Positions 32,951 through 47,919 are shown, counted from the stretch's first letter. The stretch is 64,000 nt of DNA from Balanoglossus misakiensis (GCA_040954595.2 CM082579.2:12587834-12651833), one strand, 5' to 3'. Notes: generated by a model from the sequence alone, not told the origin. Translations and numbers: made by a program.

Positions 32951-33309
32951 GCAGCATTGAATATTGTGGTGCCCGGCGCCCTCTGGAGTTCAGTGTATGT
33001 GGATAACTATTGCATTAAAGTTATTCTATTACATTATAATTTCCTGGTGTATGTGTCACGTGTTGCTTTGGAGATACGACTCAGTGGTAGGCTCATGCAT
33101 AGAAATTCAACGCTGTGCCTACGGATTCATGCCCTTGGAATAGATAGGAGTTTCTGGCCGCACCCGCTCCCCGTGTTTGGACCTCCCCCCGTGCAACTCG
33201 CGTGGGAGTGGGCGACATATGCGGTAAGTTTGACTGCAAGGTTGCTGAGGTGGAGCAGTATATTAAAATGAAAATTTACTCCAAAACAAAACACAAGTAG
33301 TGTGGTTAA

Positions 33310-34043
33310 GGTGGCATTGCATGAAAACTTGTGATTTTTGCCAAATTTTACTTTTTTACATAAATCGGTAGGCCTTATACTGACCCACATCCTGACTAAT
33401 ACGTCTTGGCGGAAATGGTGAATAATCACTCCAAAATAGCACTTTTCTGAATGAGTTCACAGCTTAACAAATAGGTGTCAACGATGCAAATGGCTGTTTT
33501 TCTCAGTTTGCATTTTCGCTGCTCTTGACAACTTCAGACGGAAATAGCTTCGCTCTACGTTGGCTGAATTTGCTCAAATTTTAACTGGGGATTGTGTTTG
33601 ACCCATCTAACAAAACGTTGTTTTTGTTAGTCGATAAAGTGTCCCTGGCGGGAATAAACTCTGATTCAATACAACTCACCGTGAATTTGATCAAATTTTA
33701 CTAAAAATCTAACTTTCAAACGCTGTTACTCCTCAATGGAAGCAGATAACGCAAAACAAAATTACCGTTTTTTTGCACGTGTACTCTAGTTTCGAATGAC
33801 ATATTAAGATGCATGATGTATGGTCAACTTTTTTACCTAATTTAAATTTAATGACATAATATCAGAAAATGGTTTTTTTCTCCCAAAATCGTCCACATTT
33901 CCGGGGATCAATAATATTTGCAACTCAAACAAAAGTTCAAAAACTCAGCTTCCAGAATATATATGGTTTATGAGGGTTTTAACGTTGTCTTTGATGAGAA
34001 GTAGGCCTCTGAAAAAGTCTCGACGGTTTCATGCAATGCCACC
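33310..34043. mobile_element. Kolobok-type MITE (TTAA TSD)
   Basis: TTAA|GGTGGCATTGCATGAAA ... TTTCATGCAATGCCACC|TTAA. Confidence 0.85.
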
Positions 34044-34289
34044 TTAACTGTTTCACTTATGTGTTTTGCTTATCTTTATTTATTTAAACTGTATTTTTCA
34101 TGTCACCCTTTTTATTGATTTATTGCAATAAAATGTTAAGTTTTAATTTGATGAGTATGTTGGTTTTTTCTCAAATATTTCACTGAAAGCCAGCAGAAAA
34201 CTAATTTGACTGAGGCAACACTGTATTTAGCACATTTATGTGTTAATATTAAATTCAATAGACTGAAAGAAAATGCTGAGTATTCAGTG

Positions 34290-34916
34290 AAGTATTGTTT
34301 TTATAAATATTTAAATAATAACACATGTTAGCGAGGGCAATATCATGATCTTTGGCCTGCTCGAGGGATGGTGATCTCTGACCATAATATTGATTGATGA
34401 TCATGCCAAAGATCATGATATTGCCCGAGCATGACATATGTTATTAATTTTATTATACCGAACATTTGCCCATAAACAGCACAGAGGGTTGAGTCCATTT
34501 CGTACGATGCAGGTTGCAGTGATCTAAAATATCCCGCTGTACAGTGTAACTACTTCGAACTCAGATAAACCGCGATGTTGGTTGCGACTTTGGTGTATTT
34601 ACTGTCCGTTTGCGGTAAAATATCGTCCAGTTGAACAGGTGTTAATCCTGTGTGTCGCTTTGAAGCCATAGATGCGGGTGTTGACTGATCGTGAAGTAAG
34701 CCATTGAATAACAGTTTGTTATGCGCAGAAAAGATGCGCAGAACCTAAAACCTGTTCTCAGCCTGCAATATACTCTCAGCGCGCGCGTATCCCCGGCCCG
34801 TAGCCCCTACCTACAGGCCATATAATCTGTCAACCATGTAATATCACATTTTTTTCTATGTCACGTGGTACGGTTTCAGCCAATCAAGAGTACATAATAC
34901 AGAGTGAGGTGTAATA
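34290..34916 (-). repeat. Second copy (inverted) of the 18451-19050 interspersed repeat
   Basis: Reverse-complement similarity; shared ORF-like text EQAKDHDI.ALANMCYYLNI. Confidence 0.7.
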
Positions 34917-35065
34917 ACAATCTCTTGGTCTTTGGTAACCAGATAATACAGGATCAATACACATCTATAACTCTTCTATAGGAGTTCAATAGAAAATCAA
35001 TTGAAATCTATATCTCTTCTATAGAAAATCAATACACATCTATAACTCTTTTATAGAAGTTCAAT

Positions 35066-36763
35066 ATTATTGCTCATATTATTAATTGTTCTCTTATCCA
35101 TGGTATTTTCCCCGATCAACTGAAAATAGCAAAAGTGATCCCTGTGTACAAAAAAGGTTCTGCATCCGAAGCCTGCAACTATCGCCCCATTTCAATTCTT
35201 CCAATTTTTAGCAAAGTTTTTGAGTCAATTGTCAATAAGCAGCTTATCAACTACCTAGAGAAACATGGCATTCTTTCACACTGTCAATATGGTTGTCGTA
35301 AGAAGCACAGCACAAAACTTGCCATCGCCGACATTATTTCTGACATAGCTGACAAACTCGACAATGGCCCGATTACCTTCGGTATTTTCATTGATCTACG
35401 GAAAGCATTTGATACATTGAACCACAACATTCTTCTCCATAAGCTGGAACACTATGGAATTAGAGGTTTACCGCTTTTATGGTTTAAGAGTTATCTTTCA
35501 GATCGTCAGCAAACAGTTTCCATTGGTGACAAGTCCTCTTCATACAAACCTATTCAATGTGGAGTCCCACAAGGTTCCATTTTAGGGCCTATTCTCTTCC
35601 TATTGTACATCAATGATATTGTTCATTCAACTAGTAGTTTTGATTTCAGACTCTTTGCTGATGACACCAGCTTATTTAAATATCTTAATAGTTCTGTCAT
35701 AGATATTACCGATATTGATATTGATTTTCAAAAGGTTTGTCTCTGGTGCAAGGCAAACAAGTTAACTATTAATTCAGAAAAAAACTTATTTCATGATAAT
35801 TAAATCAGCCAGGAAACCCATAAATACTGTGGGAAATTTGAGTGTGGATGGATCCATAATAGATGGTGTTTTATCTAGCAACTACTTAGGTTTGTCAATT
35901 GATCACAACATGACTTGGAAAACCCACATAGAGAAAGTCACCAATTCAATCGCTCCATTAGTAGGCATTATTTCCAAAATTCGTTACTTTGTTCCCAGGA
36001 CTACACTTATTCTCATCTACAATTCCCTGATTTTACCACGTATTTGCTATTGCATTGAGGTATGGGGCAACACATATTCTACCTTTCTACAACCAATTCT
36101 CAACCTGCAAAAAAAATTAGTACGTCTTGTCACTTTTTCGGACCCTTGTACTCACTCAGCTCCCCTCTTCCGACAGCTCAATATTCTTGATATCCACAAG
36201 CAATGTAAATTAAGCACCTGTTTACTGGTTTTTGACTTAAAGAATAGTCGTTTTATACACAATGTACATCACTACCTCGACCAACTACCTCATGATTATC
36301 CAACACGTCTTGCAACAAATGACAATTTTTATATTCCAAAAGTAAATCTTTCCATAATTCAACATAGTCTCAAATATGCTGCCACCAAACACTGGAATTC
36401 GCTGCCAGACAAAATGAAACAAATCCCCAATAGAACTGCCTTTAAGATGCAGTTAAGGGAACACCTTTTTTCAAGTACTTGATCTGTACCGCAGTCTTTT
36501 CAGCCTGCCCTGTCACCTTACTATTTGTTTTTTCTTACTCGACCAGTACTTTCTTTAATAGTTTTTTGTTTTGATTTTTCGTCAGTCTCACATATTGTAT
36601 AATATTTACTTACCTGATACTTTGGTGCCACAAACTCGACTAGTTCTTAGAAACTATTTTTTGTGGCTCCTGCCAGAAATTGTCTTTATTTTCTACTGTA
36701 CTCTATAATTTTGATGTAAATGCTTCCATTCATTTTTTGGCAAATAAATTATTATTATTATTA
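35066..36763 (+). mobile_element. 5'-truncated CR1/L2-group LINE (RT) with (ATT)n tail
   Basis: NYRPISILP, FIDLRKAFDTLNH, GVPQGSILGP, LFADD; one frameshift in the A-run at ~35778-35785; 3' AATAAA plus (ATT)n at ~36742-36763; inserted into an ATAGAAAATCAAT-type low-complexity repeat present on both sides. Confidence 0.92.
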
Positions 36764-37014
36764 ATAGAAAATCAATTGAAATCTATATCTCTTCTATAGA
36801 AAATCAATAGCATATCAATGGAAATCTATATCTCTTCTATAGAAAATCAATAGAATATCAATTGAAATCTAAATCTCTTCCATAGAAGTTTAATTGAAAA
36901 GTGGCCAAAAGTCCATAGAAGTCAAAAGCATTTCCATAGAAATTCCATTGAGTTTCCATGGAATATCCAAATTTTTATTGAAAAGCTATGGAAGTTCTAT
37001 AGAACTTTTTTGTA

Positions 37015-37810
37015 AGGGACAGAAGTCCCCACTGACAAAAGCAATGATATGCCTTGATCCAAGATGGCTTGCAGCAAAGGACGACTGTCTCCAGAACATG
37101 AACAAAATGCTTGTGACCTTGGTGGAGGCTGGTCGAATAGCAGGAGGGCCTTCTGCCTGTGACGGGGTGACGCGGCAGTTTGAAGAGTTTATGGACACAA
37201 CTGTAGTGTCCAACCACTCCAAGGTCAGGGATTTCAACCCATATGATGATAGCAGCATAGCTGATGAGCTCCTCTTTCAGTCCTTGGCGACCAATCAACG
37301 TTATGCCTCACTATTGCAGGTAGTGAAAGATATGTTGCTGATTTCCCACGGACAGGCTTCAATGGAAAGGGGATTTTCAGTCAACAAATAGATTGAAGTG
37401 GAGAACATACATGAGAAATCTGTGGTGGCACAACGCCTGATTTGTGATCATATGAACAGTGTTGGTGGAGTGCAGAATGTACACATTACACCGCAACTCA
37501 CCTCATCAGCTGCTTCGGCAGAGGTATATGGGCCACCTTGCTGAGCAGAAAACAAAGCGAGAAACTAGCAGGAAAAGAAAACATACTATCAGAAATTGAT
37601 GAACTGAAATCAAAGAAGAAAAGACTTGGAAATGATGTCGCAGAACTGTTGAAGTCAGCTAAAACATACGCAGAGAAAGCAAAGGCAACCGGACAGCTTA
37701 CTCTCATCACAAAATCAAAGTCTCAGGAGATCTGCAAGACAAAAGGAGTAGGAAATTACATCCTTGTCATCACAGTTCGATGATAAAATGGAAGAACTAA
37801 AGAACTAAAA
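37015..37810 (+). pseudogene. hAT-like transposase C-terminal relic
   Basis: CLDPR...LLISHGQASMERGFSVNK*IEVENIHEKSVVAQRLICD, a hAT-dimerisation-like ERxFS motif with an in-frame stop and later frameshifts. Confidence 0.6.
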
Positions 37811-38428
37811 ATCAAAATTCTTGTGTAAATGTACATATGTGCGTACGAGAAAAGGTATTCCCAGGCAGTATAAAGCGCCCGCAAAACACCGGACAGCTTG
37901 TAACTTGTAAAATGGACCCGGGAGATAGAAGTACATATCATCGTAAAATTGTACCGCAAATACAGGCGCATGCACCGTCAGAAATATACAATTGTTCAAT
38001 AGTGGGCGGTTTATCACTACAAGAATCATTTGGGGTCAAGATCAACTTAGTGTGAATAATCAAAAAGCACAAGCTGATTGTGGAAACCAAGCTACGTGTG
38101 GCAAGCTGTGTGTCTTACGGCCTATGCCTCCCCTAATCCCGAGCCCCTAAGCTGGTGATTCTCAACCGATCTGTTGCTCAGTAGTTTCGACTCAAATTTC
38201 CGTCCGCAAACCAAAACCCATGGACAGGAATACGTTACCGAGCACACCTCATTCATACGGCACAACGGAGCGCCCTAAAACACCTCTTGTACAACACTTG
38301 TACAACGGCCCCTTTTGAACTTTTAGCGAGAAAAAAACATCCAGCCGCGTCCAGCTTGAATCTTGCTCGTACACATGGAAACAGGTGCATTGTGGGTAAA
38401 AATAATGTTTATCAACAAAGAATAAAAA

Positions 38429-38654
38429 TAGCGTCAAGGACACTGTGGTCCCATTTGAGGATTACGCAGAAATAGGGATACACCAGAATGAAAATTACAG
38501 GTGACATTGCAAGCAGATATGATCTAATCATATCGAAATATGGAATGAAAAAAATTAACAAGGAACAGGCCCAATAAACTGTCATTATTTTTGACCAAAA
38601 ATTGTCTGTTCAAACACATACGACAAGCAACATCTTTCAGTCAGCCCTGGAACA

Positions 38655-38717
<63 letters not shown>

Positions 38718-41700
38718 ACCTGCCACTGGTAATTAAAACTTTAATAGCTGGTGGTCTCTGTAACAGCTGGCCTACTAAACATATGTAAACATGTCTAAGT
38801 TGGGGGTAACAACTCCTTGTAAACAGTAACTTTCAAAACAACTGGACAATTGGTTTAGGAGAAGATTTGCTAACCAAAAACAAAGAAACTTACAAAAAAA
38901 CTCGCTAAATATTGAATATTTCTGATATCAGAATTGAATAAAAGTTGCACATATACATGTATGTGTTATGAAATTATATCCTAAATTTCAAAGCAATCAC
39001 AGAAAAAAACAAATTTCAAAGCAATCCAACAAGCAGTTTCACAGAAAAAATTTGTTCAAAAGTGGCAAAAACACAAATATGCAAATATCACTAAAATTGT
39101 ACAACATCTTACTTCAATCACTACAAGGAACATGCTGCCAAAGTTCAATGCAATATGACAAGCAGTTTCAGATAAAACAATTTTTAACAAAAATTGCAAG
39201 TTTCCCCGATGACACATTTATGCAAATATCACATTTTTTTACAACACATTACTTAGGTTACCCCTACAAACATGCCTACCAAATTGCAAAGCAATCTGGC
39301 ATGCGGTTTTAAAGAAAAAAAAATTGACCTAAAATGGGAAATATTGCTAAAAAATTATAAATATGCAAATTTTGCAACAATTTGAACAAAACTATGGTTA
39401 CTCAGACAACCATTAGGAAGCTTCATATTCAATTTCAAAGAAGTAAGCCCATCACTTTCAGAAATGAAGACTTTTTACCGATAATATGGTAAAATACACA
39501 AAAATGCATAAAAAATAGAAAATCGATATAATAGCTCAAAACATACAGGACCGTTTGAGGTAGACATAAGATACACGCAAGCCAATTTTCAAATCAATCT
39601 GACGAGTGGTTGTTGAGTTTTTGAGTTTTGACCAATTTCACATTTTCCCAACTAATTTGCATATTTTTGGCAATGACAACTTCATTTGAACAAACTCCCA
39701 TCTACAGTCCTGCCTTCATCTACACACCAAATATCAAGGTCATACGCGCAGCGGTTTTCAAATTTTTGATGTGGACGGACATACAGACATACATCCATCT
39801 ATCCATCCATCAATACATACATCCATACATACATACAGACGCAACCGATCCCGTAAGGTCCCATGGTACATACCCGGTACCAATGGGACCTAAAAACAAT
39901 TCAAAGCAATCTAACAAGCAGTTTCGCAGAAAAGATTTGTTCAAAAGTGGCAAAATCACAAATATGCAAATATCACCAAAATTTACAATATCTTACTTCA
40001 ATCACTACAGGGAACATGCCTGCCAAAGTTCAATGCAATGTGACAAGTGGTTTCAGAGAAAACAATTTTCGACAAAAATTGCAAAAATTTCCCCAATAAC
40101 ACATTTATGCAAATATCATAATTTTTATCTTACTTAGGTTACCCCTAGGAACATGCCTACCAAATTGCAAAGCAATCTGGCATGTGGTTTTAGAGAAAAA
40201 AATGTTTGACCAAAAATGGAAGAAATAGCGTCAAGGAAACTGTGGTCCCATTTGAGGATTGTGCGGAAACAGTGACACACCAGAATAAAAATTACAGGTG
40301 ACATTGCAAGCAGATATGATCTTACGATATAGAAATATAGAATGTAAAAAAATTAACAAGGAACATGCCCAATAAACTGTCATGTGTCATGGCAGTCTTA
40401 CAAGTGGTGCTAGAAAAAAAATGACCAAAAATTGTCTGTACAAACACATATGAGAAGCAACTTCTTTCAGTCAGCCCTGGAACAGACAGACAGACAGACA
40501 CTGACCTGCCACTGGTAATTAAAAATTTAATAGCCGGTGGTCTCTGTAACAGCTGGCCTATTAAAGTTGTGTAAACATGTCTAAGTTGGGGGTAACAACT
40601 CCTTGTAAACAGTAACTTTCAAAACAACTGGACAATTGGTTTAGGAGGAGATTTGCTAACCAAAAACAAAGACATTTACAAAAATAACTCGCTAAATTTT
40701 GAATATTTCTGATATTTTAAATAAATAATAATAATTTATTTATAAAGCATCAGTATCCACAAAAATGTGATCAATGACGCTAAAATCGAATAATACACTA
40801 CAACAATTGGCTAAAAGCAGATTTAAAAAGTAAAGTTTGAACATTTGATTTAAAAACAGATAAGTTTGATGCCTGAATTTGGTACCTGTATCAGAATCGA
40901 ATAAAAGTTGCATATATACATGTATGTGTTATGAAACTTTATCCTAAATTTCAAAGCAATCAGAGAAAAACAAATTTCAAAGCAATCCAACAAGCAGTTT
41001 CAGAGAAAATATTTGTTCAAAAGTTGCAAAAACACAAATATGCAAATATCCCCAAAATTGTACAATATCTTACTTCAATCACTACAAGGAACATGCTGCC
41101 AAAGTTCAATGCAATATGATAAGCGGTTTCAGAGAAAACAATTTTTGACAAAAATTGCAAAAGTTTCCCCGATAACATATTTATGAAAATATCACATTTT
41201 ATAACATATTACTTAAGTTACCCCTACGAACATGCCTACCAAATTGCAAAGCAATCTGGCATGCGGTTTTAAAGAAAAAAAATATAGCTGCAAGCAGCAA
41301 TAGCGGGCCAAAGCCAACATAGCACATAGCAACATAGCAATAAGCATATCTGCTCTGGATGCCAAGATATGGAAAAGTAGGTCACCTGAGGTCATGCAAA
41401 ATTTTGGCAAGAAATTTTGACCCTATACTGGTCCATGTTCAACAAAAACCAAACCTATAGTCCTATTAGTTAGCCTGGAATTAGGTATGCACATAATTAA
41501 TGCAGGTGTTACAGGTGAGCCCCAAAATTTGCCTTTTATTTTGGCCCCATTGTGCTCACTGACCAATAGACAGTCACTGTACAGGACTATTGCACAGACC
41601 AGAATTAAGACGTGTACATAGCTTAACCATAGAGGTATAAGTAAAGGTATAAATTTAATAAAATGACTAAAAAATTCATAAAAAATAAAACATCCATGAT

Positions 41701-43755
41701 ATTAACTTAACACTTACAGGTCGATGTGAGGTTGACATAAGGTACATGCATACCAATTTTTAAAGCAATCTGACCAGTAGTTGTTGACTTTCAGAGTTTT
41801 GATAAATTTCACATTTAACAGGCTAATTTGCATATTTTTGGGCCTGGCAACTTCGTTTGAACAAACTCCCATCTACAGCCCTGCCTGCATCTGCACACTA
41901 AATATCAAGGTGATACGTGCAGCGGTTTTCAAGTTTTTGATTTGGACGGACATACAGACATACATACATACATCCATACATACATACATCCATCCATACA
42001 TACATACAGACGCAACCGATCCCATAAGGTCCCAACCAATGGGACCTAAAAATTGCTCAAAATTAATATAAATATGCAAATTTTGTAACAACAAAACTAT
42101 GGTAACTCAGACAACATATAGGAAGCTTCAAAATAAATTTCGAAGAAGGCAGCCTATCACTTTCAGAAATGAAGATGTTTTACCAATAATGTGGAAAAAT
42201 ACAAAAATATGCATAAATTAAAGCTGCAAGCAGCGTTGGCGGGGCACAAGCGGTTCCCATGGTAACCAGCAAATGCCAAGGCTGTATCTGCTGTGGATAC
42301 CAAGATATGGGAAAGTAGGTCAAAGGTCACCTGAGGTCACCCCAAATTTGGGCAAAAAAATCGGACACCATACTAGTCAGGTCTAACAAAAACCAGACCC
42401 CTAGCTCTATTGGTTCGCCTAGAATTAGGTATGCGCATAAGTGTAAGACTCCATATGTGCTCCATCGCCCCCCCCCCCCCCCCAAAGCCAGGACTCTAAC
42501 TGCTGTGGATGCTGAGATATGGGAAAGTAGATCAAAGGTCATCCAAGGCCATGTCCAACTAAAACCAGACCTCTAGCCCTATTGGTTAGCCTGGAATTAG
42601 ATATGCAGAAAAATGATGTTTCAGAAATAGGTCAAGGGTCATTGCCAAAATTACCAAAATATTTGTGTCATGTCCTGGCAGCATTGGTACCCATGTCCAC
42701 AAAATTCATGACTGTGGTGCTTTGACAAGAGGAGGTTTGGGGAATATGCATATATAATTAGTTGTTTTAAAACTGGGTCAAAGGTCATGTGAAAATTGCC
42801 CCGAAAAATTGTGACAACTTCCGGTAATATGATGACTCATATCCAAAAAAAAAACTTTCCGTGCTGTCAACATTTTGGCTACAGAACGGAATTTTCATTT
42901 TTCAATGGTTTTCCGAAAATCCAACATGGCCGCCATAATGATCGACCAATCACAGTGCGCTTCGCAAACTTGATAGACATAGGTGACCACATACCCCGAA
43001 TCCCGTGACTCGGCAATCGCTGGTTCTGGAGAAGAAGATTTTTAAAGTTTTAAGTAGTTTTTCAGAAAAAACTAGTGTAGCAAAAAAACGGTATGTGTGA
43101 CGTCATTATTTCAATGGGGTAAAATGATGGACAGAAGGTAGACTACCTGCACACCAAATTTGAACTTGATCGGCCCAGTAGTTTTTGAGAAGGACTTGTT
43201 TAACGATTTTCAGGAAATCCAATATGGCCGCCAGGTCACGTGACTAATTAAATATTCACGGGCCACTGCACGTCCACTCATTGGCCCCTATCACCCTACC
43301 AAGTTTCAGCCCCCTAGGTGCTGCCATTTTCCAGATCTACCTGGCCGATTTTTGGAGAAGAAGAAGAAGAATAAAGAAGAAATATTCCAACAATACCAAT
43401 AGGGGCACAAGCCCGATAGGCTTGTGCCCCTAAAAATAGAAAATCAATAATATTAACTCAAAACATCCAGGACTGTTTGAGGCAGACATAAGGTACATGC
43501 ATACCAATTTTCAAATCAATCTGACCAGTGGTTGTTGAGTTTTGACCAATTTCATATTTTTGCAGCTAATTTGCATATTTTGGCAACGACAGCTTCATTT
43601 GAACAAACTCCAATCTACAGACCGGCCTGCATCTACACACCAATTATCGAGGTTATACGCTCAGCGGTTTTAAAGTTTTTGTTATGGACGGGCATACAGG
43701 CATCCATCCATCCATCCATCCATACATACAGACGCAACCGATCCCATAAGGTCCT
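38429..43755. mobile_element. Cluster of nested Helentron/HINE-like repeats
   Basis: Copies 38429-39891 and 40226-42047 start TAGCGTCAAGGA.ACTGTGGTCCC and end with (CATA/CATC)n plus a GGTCCC..GGGACC hairpin; 42221-43431 starts AAGCTGCAAGCAGC..GGGGCACAAGC and ends GGGGCACAAGCC-CGATA-GGCTTGTGCCCC; all inserted in A-runs; (CA)n at 38657-38714. Confidence 0.72.
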
Positions 43756-44935
43756 ATAGTGTATATGCCTATGTTCCATGTTCCCACCTGGTCTCACCAC
43801 GGGCGTCATGGAACAATAAAGTGTATGGATAATTTAGCATAGGCCTAAACGAACACACAATAAATTATTTCGTGTTTTTTTTTTATGTGAACGAGAACTA
43901 CACTCACGAACGGCCTAGCTACAGCTGGACTTGCAAAATATGCGAGCGAACGCACTAGCGCCATGGAACGCGGAAGTGATGACGCAATCTACAACCGCAA
44001 ACGCGCACGCGCCCGGCCCAGCGCGCGCGGCAGACGATCGTACGACTCCGTTGCTAGCCAGGACAGACGCGTTCGTATACAGTGTATGTAAGGAAGGGTA
44101 TGCAATTGCTCACATGGAGTCTGGGGACGTGCATTACCAAAAAGGGGGGACAGGGGGGACACTTCTTTCTACGGAGCAGAGTGCCATCGAAGTGTAGTCA
44201 ATAATTTTCATTTTTGCTTAGAATGTGTCCTGAAAAGTGTTGGATTAATCATGAATAAAAAACGGAAAACGTGAAAAATACAACAAATCCGTATACAAAA
44301 CCATTGCGAATCTGATGACCGGAAGTGCCGTGTTCGATCGCTGGGTTTTATATCATGTGTATGAAACTATGCGTGAGCTCAGCTCAGCTCCTCCCAGTCA
44401 TGGTGGACATTGTTCATGTGCTTCACTGTTATATTTGCTATGATTTTTTTTGCATGAAAACTGTATGTCCTATGTATACCTTGTAGAGCGAAATTTGCGA
44501 CATCGCCCAAACGCCATTTTACGTCGGTAACGCACGTCCCCAGGACGAGTGACACTTTTCGATCGATAATATCTCGAATGTTCGACCGACTTTTGAAACA
44601 TGAATAGCCAGACATTAGGTTTCTCTGTCATCTAAAACGCATACTTTGATTTGGTAGCGATTCTCTTCGTAATAGTTGCCAAATGGCGTTGGGCTGAAAA
44701 TTCGCTTCATACCCTGTATATATGTGTACTCACGTACGTACACAGGGCAGATCAGTTGCGGGCGCGCACGCATGCGTAGATATCGCCTTTACTGCTCAAG
44801 ACGAGATCGTATGCTCCCCTTTGACATGACCCATAATGCAACGCGCAATGAGTGGATCCGGTCACGTCTACGTCTGCGCTCATACGCGCTGTCAAACGAT
44901 CGCTCCGATAGTGGACGATCACTGTAAACTGTACA

Positions 44936-46780
44936 ATGTTTTCTCCAAAAGTTTTTCGGCGAAAACGGCGTGGTCGTGGCACCTATTGCTGTATGCCAAT
45001 GTGCACAAACAGCAAGGGTTCTGATTTGGAAGCTGGAATACGGAGATCGTATTATTCTTTTCCTATGAAAGATAAAAAGAGATTGAAGCTTTGGAACGAT
45101 GCGATACGACGAGGCGAACAAAACTGGGAGCCGAAGTCATGGATGAGGGTGTGCTCAGATCATTTCCCGAAAGGTACGTTAGAAAAATCAAGAATCAAAT
45201 AGAGCATCTTTTATGTGTAGTGTTGGGATAAGTAATAAAAAGTTTGCTTTGGGAGAAACACGAAACGATGTACAAACTGAAAGTAAGATCCCCTTACAAG
45301 ATGGCGCGCTACCTAGCAACCGGCATCAACAACGTTGTCTCGGCAGTGTGAATGACGTAATCCCAAACATGGGCATTATGAGCGCCCTCTGCAAATCATT
45401 TGGGGACGTTGTAACCCGGTTTATACTTTAAAACCCTCGAACCCTAAATTTGTTTCCATTCAAAATGTGTGATTGATGATAAAGAAAAGTTTTGAAAACC
45501 ATGGTATGTTTCTAATTACAGGAAAGAGTGATAGCCCGTCAGATGAAGGCTATGTGCCGAAACTGAAGATCAAACAAACAACTCCGAGGACTAGTCTGAC
45601 ATCATCAAAACAGCAAGTTAGTCCACTTAAGAACCAAAGAGCATTGAAGAATCCAAAGACTAGGAGGAGGTTAACTTTTACCAAGAAAGGAAGACCCCGA
45701 TCTGAACTGACCATTGTCCCTCCACCATCTGCTGATCACACCTATGTACAACCCTCCATGGAAGAAATTCACAGTGAGGCCCATAATAAAATTGCAGAAA
45801 TGGAGTATGAAATTGAGAAACTGAAAAGACAAACACTACGATTAGAGAATATAAAACACAATCCCAAAAAAATGCAGTTTTGGACAAGATTTCCTAACTA
45901 CGGTACATTCTATGCTTTATTCAGCTATCTGGAACCAATAGCTAAAAATATGAAATACTGGAGTGGTTCCAGGACCCATTTGTATGAACATTTCAGTACC
46001 AGATGCTCAAGTAAGCCTGGGTCTGACCGGAAACTGACTCTTGAGGAAGAATTTTTTTTGACTTTGGTACGTTTAAGTGTTGGGCTTTTGCTTCAGGACT
46101 TAGCAGAGCGATTTGATGTATCTGTCAGTACTGTGTCTATCATATTTAATACCTGGGTAAACTTGATGTGCATGCAACTTGAGTTTCTCTGCAAACTTCC
46201 ACCAAGTATTGTCACTCAAGAAAATCAGTCCCCTGTTGTAAATGATTTCTCAAATATACAAATTATCTTAGACTGTACCGAGTTATTCATACAGACACCA
46301 AAAAGATGTGATGCTAAAAAGCAAGTGTTTTCAAATTACAAACACCACAATACATATAAATACCTGGTTGGTATGAGCCCAAACTTGGCAGTCACATACA
46401 TCAGTCGGCTGTATGGTGGACGTGCATCAGACAAACACATAACAACACAATCCTGTGATTTGATGGACAGTTTGAGAGACAATCAGGGGGCGGTGATGGC
46501 AGATAGAGGGTTCAGGATTGAAGTTGAATTGTCAGATATTGGTGTAAAGTTCTATGTTCCAGCATTTAAAGGATGTGATCGACCACAGCTTTCCAAGCAT
46601 GAATTAGAATATTCTGAGAGAGTTTCAACTGTACGAGGGCATATTGAGCGTATTATCCAGCGTATAAAGACGTATCACATTCTTGATGGTGATCTGAAAC
46701 TGTCGATGCTGGAATCAGCAGAGAATATTTTCAAAGTATGTGCATACTTGGTGAATTTCCAAACACCAATTGTTCAATAA
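44936..46780 (+). CDS. THAP-domain DDE_Tnp_4 transposase (ISL2EU/PIF-Harbinger type), 2 exons, ~498 aa, apparently intact
   Basis: Exon 1 44936-45173 (CCMPMC...FPMK...W...RVCSDHF, THAP) spliced to 45522-46780 (GKSDSPSDEGYVPKL; HTH LQDLAERFDVSVSTVS; IILDCTE, FSNYKHHNT, YGGRASD, MADRGF, RGHIERII). Confidence 0.9.
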
Positions 46781-47919
46781 CAGGTTTGGGCCCAATCTGA
46801 TTATAATCAGATCTTAACCTGATTCTTAACCTGATTCTTGGATGTTCTGTTCTTGGATGTCCATCTGTAGTGTGGCGAACAGAACAGTCAAGAATCAGCT
46901 AAGGTAAAGATTGGGCCAACCCTACATCTGATTTAATCAGAGTGTTTTGGGCCAAGCTGTCAAAGTCAATGTGCAAAGAGACAGTGAATACATGCAATAA
47001 ACATGAATGTTTATTTCACCAAAAACATGACTTACATGTATTTATTATGTATAGTACATAGTAAATGTGCATAATTGTAGGTCCCAACCCATACTAAAAG
47101 CCTGTCCATGAATGTTTTTCTCATTCATTTTCATATTCAGTATTTTCTGGCCTCTATTCCAAATTTACACCCGAAATGAACATGTCTATTTAAAACATTA
47201 CCTCTGGAGTGTGCTCTCTAACAAACATAATTCCTCAAAGCTTCAAGTCAATCTGAGGATTTCTAAAATATACCTTTGCATATAGTGTGGATAATTTTCT
47301 TGCGTCACCAGTGAGTATGTTGAGACAGTGGTGCGTGATATGGACTTAGAGGGTACACTAGACCTTCTACATTGTATCATTTCACAAAATAAATTAATGT
47401 GTGCTGTCATATTGTCCCACTATTGAGGGAAATTGAGATTAAATACCATTGTTTTTTGAAATTTTGAATCACATTCTTACAAAACTCAGCAAATGAACTG
47501 ACATCTAGGCAAACATGTCATGCTTCAGACTTCAGTTTCTCAATACATGGGCTCCCATGCACAGGAGTTTCATATTGGTTGTATTGTCAAATATAGAAAT
47601 GTATTGAACAATGGAATGCCATTGGTTATGGCGATGGGTGTGTAACAACTCAAAGTACACGCATAGACATTAGCACAGCAAGATACATTTCCTTATTATA
47701 CAAGTTCATTTTGTTTCCAGATATCAGTGGGAACAGAGACCAAGTGTAATATTTAAAAAGAAAAAATGGAAGAAAGAAATCCATGACATATTTCAAGCAT
47801 TTCAAATTGACATCACATTTCATCAATTGGCCTTACACTCTTGAGTAATTTGGTGCTCTCGCCTCTCATCCTAACAGTTTTGTGTGCATGCCAGTACTGG
47901 TTGTTTTTCTGTTGGTAAA

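Noticed and set aside
44080-44716. Possible nested TA-flanked MITE (TATA|CAGTGTATG ... CATACCCTG|TATA) or inner ends of the ISL2EU cassette
   Set aside because: Only ~9 bp of imperfect inverted match, and it does not enclose the genes.
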